A stretch of 64,000 nt of DNA from a virus (Duplodnaviria; Caudoviricetes). The DNA lies in the IMG/VR virus record IMGVR_UViG_3300014208_000002, positions 136,727-200,726 of that record. One strand, 5' to 3'. The notes beneath the pieces are model-generated. The model was given only the letters and a program-made list of their open reading frames with translations. It made no database searches and was not told the DNA's origin. A program made the translations under genes and the position numbers. Shown in pieces: positions 51,025-60,021 of this stretch; position 1 is the stretch's first letter; every line of letters begins with the position of its first letter.

Positions 51025-51105
51025 ACAAAAGCGCACATTCTGTCAAATTGACAAAAATCTCTAATATGTCCACTTTTCATATCAATAATTTAGATAAACT
51101 TTCTA

Positions 51106-51134
51106 TTGACAAGCCCCTCTTTCTAGTCTATACT
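51106..51134 (+). promoter_or_regulatory. Near-consensus sigma70 early promoter
   Basis: TTGACA-17 bp-TATACT, followed by GAGGGAGG RBS. Confidence 0.85.
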
Positions 51135-51162
51135 TTAGGTAGGAATTGAGAGGGAGGAACAA

Positions 51163-51441
51163 ATGGCTAACGAGTTGACCATCAATCTGAGGAGCAAGGG
51201 AGTTGAACTTCTCCCGGATTCTGACCGCTACAAGTGCCGCTTCACGGTTAGGTCCGAATCTTCTAATAGGCTCTATATGGTATCTTTCGACATGGCTCCT
51301 GGAGCGGGATACTGGAAATGCTCCTGCCCTGGATGCCTCCGCACGGGTCAGTGTAAACACCTGACGGCTATGGGGCTGAAGGGGAGACAATACGGGAAAG
51401 ATTTGAAGACCCTCAAGATTTTGGCTGGAGCTTCAAAATGA
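51163..51441 (+). CDS. SWIM zinc-finger protein
   Basis: WKCSCP...CKHL. Confidence 0.75.
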   Translation: MANELTINLRSKGVELLPDSDRYKCRFTVRSESSNRLYMVSFDMAPGAGYWKCSCPGCLRTGQCKHLTAMGLKGRQYGKDLKTLKILAGASK

Positions 51442-51749
51442 CTTCTACCAAAAAAGCTCCGAAGAAAAATCCCTGGAAAGACGCTCTCTATGGAACCTAT
51501 GAGGGGGAGAGAGGGAGTTTCAAATCCTGGCAACAGTCTTTTGGTTCCGCTTGGGACGGGCGGACGGCAGAGGAAATTATTGATACCGATACTCCTTGGG
51601 GGATTCTTGGTATTCCGACCGGAAGCGCAATGGAGATAATCAAATCCGCTTTCAGGAAGCTCTCTAAGATTCATCATCCTGATATGGGTGGAAATCCTGA
51701 GACTTTCAAAAAGATACTTGCGGCATACTACATGGTGAAGGGGAAATAA
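51438..51749 (+). CDS. J-domain (DnaJ-like) protein
   Basis: PWGILGI...IKSAFRKLSKIHHPDMGG...AY. Confidence 0.85.
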   Translation: MTSTKKAPKKNPWKDALYGTYEGERGSFKSWQQSFGSAWDGRTAEEIIDTDTPWGILGIPTGSAMEIIKSAFRKLSKIHHPDMGGNPETFKKILAAYYMVKGK

Positions 51750-51750
51750 T

Positions 51751-52047
51751 ATGTCCTATGAAACCTACGATTTTATGACTACTACTCCTTCAGAAGAAGA
51801 TTGTGTTCAGGTTATGACTGGGGAAAATTATCTTCCCGCCATGACCGCAGAGGCAATGCGGATGATTAAGATTTGTAAGAATAAATGGCCTACTCTGACA
51901 TGGAGTATCGCCGTTCATGACCATGACTTCGGAAAGTATCTTACTGTTCAATGTGAGTTCGACCCTGATAATGAAATTCATACAACTCTCCTTCAGCTTA
52001 TTGAAGAGAATTGGCCGGAAACTTGGGAAGAGGCGGAAACAGTATGA
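51751..52047 (+). CDS. Acidic hypothetical protein
   Basis: Coupled ORF with RBS. Confidence 0.65.
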   Translation: MSYETYDFMTTTPSEEDCVQVMTGENYLPAMTAEAMRMIKICKNKWPTLTWSIAVHDHDFGKYLTVQCEFDPDNEIHTTLLQLIEENWPETWEEAETV

Positions 52048-52592
52048 AATCTGCTCAAGCAAAATTCCAAATAGGTCTTTCTAAAGAAAGGCTTCAATAT
52101 ATATTTACTGATAAAAATACCCTAAAAGTAAATAATAGCTTTGTATTTTTTAATGGGCAGATAACACCCATTGCCATATCTTCTGACCAGATTATTTTCA
52201 AATGTACTTTTCCTGAATATTCTGAAGAAATCCTTGTGTCTATTCTTTTTAATGATAAAAGTTTTGATTTTCGAGTTCATGGGTTCCCCGATGATTTTGA
52301 TATGAGAAGCATAGTAGCAAGAATTCGGGAATTCTCGGACAAGATATTTGGTAGAAGGCTTTCTCTTATAACGAATGGGCCTTTAGGACAACCCCCCAGT
52401 AACAAAAAAGTTTTTTTACCTTCTATTCATCGTCTACGGGGTAGGCCGAGAAATGCACTCCCAACAATTGTATTGCCTAAAAGACCAAGAGGAAGACCAA
52501 AAAACCCAATTCTAGAGAATCCCTTGCCTAAGCGATCAAGAGGTAGGCCGAGGAAGAACTTAGTTAATATTAAAGAGGAGAAAACAGTATGA
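52044..52592 (+). CDS. AT-hook protein (three RGRP motifs)
   Basis: RLRGRPRN, KRPRGRPKN, KRSRGRPRK; start revised to 52044. Confidence 0.7.
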   Translation: MKSAQAKFQIGLSKERLQYIFTDKNTLKVNNSFVFFNGQITPIAISSDQIIFKCTFPEYSEEILVSILFNDKSFDFRVHGFPDDFDMRSIVARIREFSDKIFGRRLSLITNGPLGQPPSNKKVFLPSIHRLRGRPRNALPTIVLPKRPRGRPKNPILENPLPKRSRGRPRKNLVNIKEEKTV

Positions 52593-53698
52593 CCGACGAC
52601 CGCAGGAAGCTGGTTGAGGCGTTTGAGGCCGCAAGGATAAGGCATCAAGAGTTTCGTCGGCTTGGATGCTATGGCCAGCAAGTAACGGAATGGATACTTG
52701 AATGTGAGCAGTCACTAGGCGAACGAAAGGGAGCACTTGAAGCTCTCCGTGCCTACGACGCCGAGCATCAAGAGAGGAGCGAATAATTGAATTATAAGCA
52801 TACGCCCGGCCCCTGGTTTAGGGGATACGGAAACTTTATTTACAGGGATGAACGGAAGATTTCCCTTCTTGCTACATTTTGTCCCCCCAATGGAGATAGA
52901 GGGGAGCTTGAGGAGGCTTTCGCCAATGCTACTCTTTGTTCTGCCGCTCCTGATCTTTTAGAGGTGTGCAAAATGGTACACGAAGCGAATAGTTTTTCTA
53001 GTATAGATTGGAGAATGCTCGAAAGAGCTATTCAGAAAGCGGAAGGAAATTAAAATGGAAATGAAACTTTTTGGCAGGGCGCTTGTAGTTCGTGGAGAAT
53101 GTCCTTATTGTGACCACGAAGAGAATTATTCAGGAGACTATTGTTCTACTTATACTTGTTCAAGATGTAAGTCCGAGTTTAATGTTGAAGAATTTTTAGG
53201 GAGGGATTAAAATGAAAACTTACCGTAATGATTTTGACAAGTCATACAAGAGGATGGGAATACTTATTTACTGCATCTGGGGAATTGCCATTCTTGGCGT
53301 TATTCTTACAATCGTAGGGATTATTTATCTTGGCGGAAAAGTGCTGTCAACCTCCCCGCAGGAAGTAGGACAATTCTTCGGAAATATTGTCAACGGGTTT
53401 GAAGAAGTACAGAAATAAAGGGAGGAATATTATGGTAACTTTTGACAATCCAATCTTTGAAGAGCTATTCAACGGGCTTTTCACCGGAGAGAAAGAAAGG
53501 GAATTGAAGATTATTTTTTATGAGAACGGTGGTTGTCTTCCTATGATGTATTCTAATGACGATAAGTATATTCCTAAATATGAGGAGACTATTCAAAAAA
53601 TGGAAAGAGATATTGCCAAAGCAAAAAAAGCTATGGCACTATTCACCATTATGCGAGAAGCAAAGGTGGACTATACTCCAGAGGAGGAGGAAAAGTAA
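52589..53698 (+). CDS. Small early genes (52589-52786, 52787-53053, 53055-53210, 53212-53418, 53432-53698)
   Basis: 52787 has the common phage HTPGPW...AAPDLL pattern; 53212 has one TM segment. Confidence 0.6.
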
Positions 53699-53699
53699 A

Positions 53700-53882
53700 A
53701 TGGAGAACGAATATTCCCTTAAACCCTGTCCCTTCTGCGGAGGAAGTGCTAAATTAGCATCAGGCCCCTGGACGATGAAGTATGTTGTGTGTGAAGTATG
53801 TGACGCTGAAGGGCCTTATCTTAAAGGTAAGGATGAAGCAATAGAAGCATGGAATAGTAGAGTTCCTATAGAGGAGAACTAA
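53700..53882 (+). CDS. Lar-family restriction-alleviation zinc ribbon
   Basis: LKPCPFCGG...VVCEVC.AEGP...EAIEAWN.R; start revised to 53700. Confidence 0.75.
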   Translation: MENEYSLKPCPFCGGSAKLASGPWTMKYVVCEVCDAEGPYLKGKDEAIEAWNSRVPIEEN

Positions 53883-54516
53883 AATGACTTTGGATGATTG
53901 TAGTCTTTCTGATGAAGACTATGAAAAGAAGTGTAAGAAAGATACTCGGACTATGTGGGAAGTCTGTCGTCAAGATGGCGCTCTTATGGCGGTAGATTTC
54001 TGGTGTATTCGATATATTAACCTCCCGGTAAGTATTCGCTATACCCTTCTCTACCATCCTCTTAGGTGGTGGGGACAGAGTAAGCTAGGGCGGTACTTGA
54101 CTACTAGGGTTTACAGGAGGAGAACAAATGGCGTATAAAAGCCGGTGGACCGAATTAAAGAAGGAATTTAATGCAGGATATAAAGAAGCCGTTAGACTCG
54201 GCTTAGACCAGAGAGAAAATTGGACTCCTCTCTATATTTATATCCATGTAAGTAGGCTTTTACTTGGGATGTTTATGGGCATACTTCTCTGTTTGCCTAT
54301 AATAGTTTTATTTATTTTGAATTAAAGTATGACTAATCAAGAAATATTTTTAATGCAAAAAGCAAATAACTTTGGTCTACAGGGATATAAGGTTATTGCC
54401 TGGATTCCTCCACAATCTGCTGGGGATAATCCAGATGGAACTTTTATTCTTCAAAAGGAAGAAAATAAATAGAATAAACTACTATTCCTCTACTAATACT
54501 ATAGAAGAGGAATGAA

Positions 54517-55212
54517 ATGGGTGTTTATGATAAATTATCTATGGCTTTTGGGAAACAAAAAAGAAAGCTTTTTGATTATCAAATTTCTTTGTCTGGCACA
54601 GAGGCTAAAGTAGTTTTACTCAAATTAAATAATAATAAATATAAAGATGAAGAAGTAGAGATAGTCAAACATTTTATCACTGATATGATTATTGATATTC
54701 CTGGCGAAATTCCTATAGACAGACTTCGTACAAATGTCCTTGTTCCACGGGCTACAACACAATCTATTTTTTTCTACGATGTACTTCCTATACAGGTTTT
54801 CACAAAGTTTGAAGATAACCTTGAACGAGGCGACATTCTTATTCAAAGAATAACAATGGACAATCTTGAATATTATATGGTACTTGAAATTGCTGATACT
54901 TTAGGTGATGTTCTTGGACGAAACATAATTTATAAAAAGCATAATGCCGCTCCTTGTACTCAAAACCTTCCGGCTGAAGTAGAAACAATTTTAAATACCT
55001 ATAAAGGACTTGATAATAAATCAGATTCAACTTTATTAAATTCAATAAATATAGTAACAACTCAGTATGATCCAACAATCACTGGTGAAGCAAATGTTAG
55101 TCTTAGCTCTCAAACCTCAAATATTACTACTAATACAATAACGGCAAAAAGTATTCTTTCCGTTGGATTGAATAGCCAAGATATTGAAATAGAATCTTAC
55201 CAAATAACATAG
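54517..55212 (+). CDS. Late protein, possibly head-completion/neck (gp14-like)
   Basis: Late motif at 54491; beta-rich; position only. Confidence 0.4.
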   Translation: MGVYDKLSMAFGKQKRKLFDYQISLSGTEAKVVLLKLNNNKYKDEEVEIVKHFITDMIIDIPGEIPIDRLRTNVLVPRATTQSIFFYDVLPIQVFTKFEDNLERGDILIQRITMDNLEYYMVLEIADTLGDVLGRNIIYKKHNAAPCTQNLPAEVETILNTYKGLDNKSDSTLLNSINIVTTQYDPTITGEANVSLSSQTSNITTNTITAKSILSVGLNSQDIEIESYQIT

Positions 55213-55223
55213 GAGAACATATT

Positions 55224-55643
55224 ATGGCGGACCTCATTTTCAACAGATTTGTTACTAACCTTGCTACAAAGCAAATTTCTTTAACTGGAGATATTATAAA
55301 AGTTGCGCTTTTTCCAGTGGCTTATGTTCCTAATCATTTAACTCAAAATGTTTGGGCAGACATTTCAGCGGCAGAGTGTACTGGTACAGGTTATACAACT
55401 GGTGGAGCAATTTTAGCTTCAAAAACCGTAACAGAGGATGAGTCTGGCGGTGGAGCAGTTTTTGATTGTGCTGATGTTACTTGGGTGAATTCTACAATAA
55501 CCGCTCGATATGCAGTTCTCTATGATGATACTCTTGCAACAAAAGACCTTATTGCTGTTTATGATTTTGTAACCGATAAGGTTAGCTCTGGTGGCGATTT
55601 CGTACTGACAATAAATGCTTCAGGGCTTTTCAAAATCGCCTAA
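55224..55643 (+). CDS. Virion structural beta-protein (tail/baseplate-associated family)
   Basis: IKVAL...ECTGTGYTTGG...FDCADVTW...TITARYAVLY...LIAVYDF. Confidence 0.65.
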   Translation: MADLIFNRFVTNLATKQISLTGDIIKVALFPVAYVPNHLTQNVWADISAAECTGTGYTTGGAILASKTVTEDESGGGAVFDCADVTWVNSTITARYAVLYDDTLATKDLIAVYDFVTDKVSSGGDFVLTINASGLFKIA

Positions 55644-55653
55644 GTAAAATAAA

Positions 55654-56161
55654 ATGGATATTGAAGTTCTATTAGAAAGTATAAATATAAATATCTATCC
55701 TCAAAATCCAGAGGGGCAAGTCTTTCTAAATAGTAACACAATTTCAGTATCTCAATTTAAGCCGTCTTTTCCAAAAAATGTAAATATCCCGAGAGGTATA
55801 TTCCGAGAAAACTCTTATATCGACTTAATAATTGAATCTGTTTCCGAAATAGCAAGAGGGTAGTATATTGAATAGACTAATAAAAGGACAAACAGCCCTA
55901 AGAATTAAATTATGCACAAATGTCAGTTTATCCTCTGTTACCTCTGCTCGAATAAAATATATTAAGTCAAATGGAATTACTGGCTATTGGGCGGCAGAAT
56001 TAGAGTCTGCTACAGATTCAATTTATTATGATATATTATCATCCAATGACTTAGATGTAGCTGGTATTTGGAAAATGTGGTCATACCTTATATTTACCAA
56101 TGGAAATATAGCCACAGGAAAAACAGTAGAATTTTTAGTAGTAGATGAAGGGGAAACCTAA
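55654..56161 (+). CDS. Two small structural genes (55654-55863; 55868-56161 BppU-N-like)
   Basis: IKYIKSNG...W...DLDVAGIWKM pattern in the second. Confidence 0.5.
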
Positions 56162-56225
56162 AAATCCTCTACTAATACAAAGTAGGAAAGAAAAAATCTT
56201 TTCTAATAATTAAAGGAGAAATTGT

Positions 56226-57053
56226 ATGGCAAAGTATGTTGAAGTAAAGATTACAAAGCCCGTCCGTGTCGGGTCAATCATGTTAGAAAAGGGTGATATT
56301 ATTCGGATTATTCCTCGCCAGAATGAGGATACGATTGAAAGCCCTAACCCCTATGACCAGAATCCTGATAAGGAATATCTGACTTCCGGTGATCCTAATG
56401 CAAGTGATTATTCCGCAGAGAATGACCCCGATTTTGATACCGATCAGAGAGCAACACAAAGGGATGAATCTCGCAGGAGCAAGAATTCCAAAAGGGCAAA
56501 GAAAGAAGATTTCGGTGGTGACGAGTTCGGTGACGAGTTCGGTGATGACCTTGTAGATGATGGTTTTGGTGATGATGAGTTTGGTGATGAAGATGATTTC
56601 TATATGGAATCCCGCAAGCGCAGGAATCGCAGGAATCGCAAATCCGAAATGACCGCAGATGCCGCCATTGCTAACAATGATGATGCCAAGAAAGCCGCCG
56701 AGGATTCTCGGATTTCTGGTGATGTAGATGCTGGCTCTGACCCCGACTTTGATACGGATCAGCGGGCGACTCAGAGAGATGAAAAGCGAAGATCACGCAA
56801 AAATCGCTATGTAGAAACTGATGATGAAGATGAGGATGATAAAGATGACGACAAAGAAGACAAGGATGACGAGAAGAAAGACGACAAGGAAGACAAGGGA
56901 AGCGATTCTATGGACGACAAGATGGCTAAACTCCGTGCCGCCAAGAAAGAGGCTATGAAGGCTCTTGCTAAGTATCGCAAGCTCAAGGAAGAGGACGAAG
57001 AAGACTCTGACGAAGAGGATGATGATGACGAGGATGAAAAAGACTCTGACTAA
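56226..57053 (+). CDS. Highly acidic repeat protein with LEKGD module (candidate prohead core protein)
   Basis: Late motif at 56170; DPDFDTDQRATQRDE twice; capsid-like codon bias; terminator downstream. Confidence 0.7.
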   Translation: MAKYVEVKITKPVRVGSIMLEKGDIIRIIPRQNEDTIESPNPYDQNPDKEYLTSGDPNASDYSAENDPDFDTDQRATQRDESRRSKNSKRAKKEDFGGDEFGDEFGDDLVDDGFGDDEFGDEDDFYMESRKRRNRRNRKSEMTADAAIANNDDAKKAAEDSRISGDVDAGSDPDFDTDQRATQRDEKRRSRKNRYVETDDEDEDDKDDDKEDKDDEKKDDKEDKGSDSMDDKMAKLRAAKKEAMKALAKYRKLKEEDEEDSDEEDDDDEDEKDSD

Positions 57054-57074
57054 TCGCTAATCTATAAACGAATA

Positions 57075-57108
57075 ATAGGGGAGGGAGTAAATCCCCTCCC
57101 TATTTTTT
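57075..57108 (+). terminator. Rho-independent terminator
   Basis: G-rich/C-rich stem (...GGGAGGG...CCCTCCC...) followed by a T-tract. Confidence 0.8.
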
Positions 57109-57128
57109 AACTTAAAAGGAAGTATTGT

Positions 57129-57800
57129 ATGAAAATAATCAGAGAAAGTAAAACCATGGATGATGCCACTTTAGATAAACTTGTTGCTCAAGTAGAAGAT
57201 TTAACAGATAGTAATAATCATACTGGCTCCCTCATTGCTATAGCAAAAGGATTTAAGTATACAAAGTTTATCAAAATTCTTGACCTTATTGCGAAGATTT
57301 CTGATGTGGAAAATAATATGCCCGAAGAGTTAAATGATTATCGGAATAGTATCTCTAAACAAATGTATGATTTTATAAAAAAAGATTATGGACAGGATGT
57401 TTACAAAAAGATTTATGCCGCTGGTTAAATCTTACTAATTTCTTAATGGGTTAAAAGAGAGACACAAGGCGGGTTGTAAATGAGATATATAAGAGAGTCA
57501 AGTCCTTATGAATTCAGAACTATATTTGAGTTTGAATATCTTTATTTAGAAGAGATTGAGGCTCTCTTTAAAAAGAAGAAAATAAAAGCAGAATATAATG
57601 TTGATCCTAGAGATAACTTTTATTTTATTTTGCCCAATTTCTTTTCTGATGGCCGTAAGGGAGATGTACGACTTTCTCTTGAACCCAGAGGCTTTATTCG
57701 CTGTCAAGTAAATGCCCAAGAAATATATGGATTTGATAAAAGAAAAGCAGATAATTTTATTAAATGGTTAGATGGAGCATTGGACAAAACGAGGAGATAA
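57129..57800 (+). CDS. Two tagged hypothetical genes (57129-57428 MKIIRES; 57480-57800 MRYIRES)
   Basis: ORF track; N-terminal tags. Confidence 0.65.
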
Positions 57801-57895
57801 ATTTCTACTAATATAAATGTGGAGCGTTTTCCACTAATAAAAAGAAAAGCCTGTCCCGTATGGGAAGGTTAGTATATATTTAGGAGGTGTCCATC

Positions 57896-58375
57896 ATGAA
57901 TGGAACCACAAGCACAGGGGCGTTAGATTTTTTTGATCGGGTATTCAGGACTTTTGACAGAGACTTGACTACAACTTGCGGTGGAGGAAATGTTTTTTTC
58001 ACAGAAGGCGGAAGTCTTTATGAAAATCGTTTTCCCCCAATGAATGTTTCAGTAAATCCAGACACAAAAGACCTTCTCTTTGAATTTGCCCTTTCGGGGT
58101 ATAAAGAGGAAGAGGTGTCAGTTGATTTTGAAGAAGATTATCTTCACCTATCTCTTGATCCAAAAGAGCCGGAAGATAAAAAAACTTATATTAAGCACGG
58201 AATAAAAAGCTCCCAATGCGATGCAAAATATTTTGTACCAAGTTCTAAGTATGAAGTAAATAGCTCCACTGCGGAGTTAAAAGATGGAATCTTGACAATC
58301 TTTGTTCCTGCAAAAGAGGAGATTAAGCCAAAGAAAATCTTTATTGGAAAGTCTCCACCTAAAATATTAGAATAG
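57896..58375 (+). CDS. Small heat-shock protein Hsp20
   Basis: FPPMNV...FEFALSGYKEEEVSV...AELKDGILTIFVP; AGGAGG RBS. Confidence 0.9.
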   Translation: MNGTTSTGALDFFDRVFRTFDRDLTTTCGGGNVFFTEGGSLYENRFPPMNVSVNPDTKDLLFEFALSGYKEEEVSVDFEEDYLHLSLDPKEPEDKKTYIKHGIKSSQCDAKYFVPSSKYEVNSSTAELKDGILTIFVPAKEEIKPKKIFIGKSPPKILE

Positions 58376-58401
58376 TCTAATTTATTCTCTAATAAAATAA
58401 G

Positions 58402-58440
58402 CCCCTACGGAAAAACATAATCCGTGGGGGTTTTAATTTT
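58402..58440 (+). terminator. Rho-independent terminator after hsp20
   Basis: CCCCTACGGA...TCCGTGGGG stem plus T-rich tail. Confidence 0.75.
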
Positions 58441-58458
58441 TTCTTACTAATATGGTAT

Positions 58459-59568
58459 ATGATTTTAACTACTGGAATGAAACTTAGTAAACAACTCGGA
58501 CTTGAAAATCTTATATATGTAAGATGCCAAACAATCATACTTTCATATTATACCCTTCTTGTAATTTATTTTGACACGAAGAGGCCAGAGCAACCCATAA
58601 CTCTTGAACGAGTAAAAAATCATAATGTAGCCCGAATATTACGGTATGGGAAGAAAAGACTAATAACATCCCCGCTTAGGGATTTAAATAAATATAATGG
58701 AAAATTAAAGAATAAGGTAATTATTTCTATAGACCTATGCGGATCATTTTTTCAGGACAAGTCAATAATAACAGGTAATGTGGGGATAGAGGAAAAGTCC
58801 GAAATCTTTTCGCTTAATCAATTGAATGAAAGTGAGCAGGGGGATATTTCCCCTGACCAACATCAAAGTAAGCCCGAAATGAAAGACGAACACTCCTCTA
58901 TCCCTTTCTTTATACAAGCACGGGGCGTCGCTAAAATAAAGCATTTATTAGAATTCCTTACCCTTCCCGCCCTTACAAAAAATGCGGGTATATCTACTTT
59001 TACCAAAAGATTTAAGAAAGAAAGAAACAAGATTATGGGGAGAGAGAATTCTATCGCCCGATTAGTCAAGTGTGTTATCTATAAAAAGAAAGGATTTGTG
59101 GAGTTTTTCTGGCATGTTCCCGCAACTAAAAAATATGGGGACAAGTATAAATACAAGCAAGCGGTTCCAAATGATTTTTCCATGTTCAATAATCCAAAAA
59201 AAGAATATACGGTAGGTCTTCGTATTCTCGATTTTTTCTCTTGGCTGGACACTTATAAAGCAGATTATCCAATTCAGCGAAAAGATTTAAAGGATATTTT
59301 AACCACGGCAAATATACAACTATATTCTTCTGATCCAAGCTGGTATTGGCAAGGTATGGCTTGGAACATGGATCAAGTTGGCGCTTCAATGTATCCTGTA
59401 GAGATAGCTCCTAAACATTGGAATAAACCAGAATATCATAATGATGGTCAAGCTTTCTTATCAAAACACATGCAAGGCGTAATGAATTCGCTAGGATTCT
59501 ATTTAAATCAGATGGCCGCTATGCTTAATAAAGAATTAGAGGAGAGAGGGTATTATGCGAAGAATTAA
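58459..59568 (+). CDS. Hypothetical late protein
   Basis: Late motif at 58445; C-terminal SSDPSWYWQG...LSKHM. Confidence 0.6.
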   Translation: MILTTGMKLSKQLGLENLIYVRCQTIILSYYTLLVIYFDTKRPEQPITLERVKNHNVARILRYGKKRLITSPLRDLNKYNGKLKNKVIISIDLCGSFFQDKSIITGNVGIEEKSEIFSLNQLNESEQGDISPDQHQSKPEMKDEHSSIPFFIQARGVAKIKHLLEFLTLPALTKNAGISTFTKRFKKERNKIMGRENSIARLVKCVIYKKKGFVEFFWHVPATKKYGDKYKYKQAVPNDFSMFNNPKKEYTVGLRILDFFSWLDTYKADYPIQRKDLKDILTTANIQLYSSDPSWYWQGMAWNMDQVGASMYPVEIAPKHWNKPEYHNDGQAFLSKHMQGVMNSLGFYLNQMAAMLNKELEERGYYAKN

Positions 59569-60019
59569 AAATTATAGTGAGTCCTCTGGTCGTTCAATAA
59601 AGGGTGGGCAGATAGGGCAGAATGGCTATTTTTATAAAGGTGGACAATTTCTTCCAAGCACAGATAATCCTCCTGGAACATTTAGATTTGGTAATAAAAT
59701 AATTTCTAATAATATAAAAGAACTTATAGAGCCAGGAATAATGGAACTTCCTCCAACCCCTACTTCAAGAAGTATTTTTGCTATGATACGAGGTGAAACA
59801 GAGTATCATAATAAGGATACTCTATTTGTAAACCCCCGTATAAATTGGGAGTATATGAATTCTTCTCCTGATAAAGAAAATATATTTCCGGGAATAAGGG
59901 GAGTCAAATCTAAAAACGCATATTCTTTAAACCAGCTTGTTGACCTATATAATAAAGGCGCACGATGGCTTGACCTTGACTTTGATCTTGAAGAATACAA
60001 AAAGAACATCGGAGAATAA
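59555..60019 (+). CDS. Hypothetical tagged protein
   Basis: MRRIKNYSES then GQNGYFYKGGQFLPS. Confidence 0.65.
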   Translation: MRRIKNYSESSGRSIKGGQIGQNGYFYKGGQFLPSTDNPPGTFRFGNKIISNNIKELIEPGIMELPPTPTSRSIFAMIRGETEYHNKDTLFVNPRINWEYMNSSPDKENIFPGIRGVKSKNAYSLNQLVDLYNKGARWLDLDFDLEEYKKNIGE

Positions 60020-60021
60020 TC

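Noticed and set aside
57818-57896. RNA thermometer in the hsp20 leader
   Set aside because: Hairpins exist, but none visibly sequesters the AGGAGG RBS
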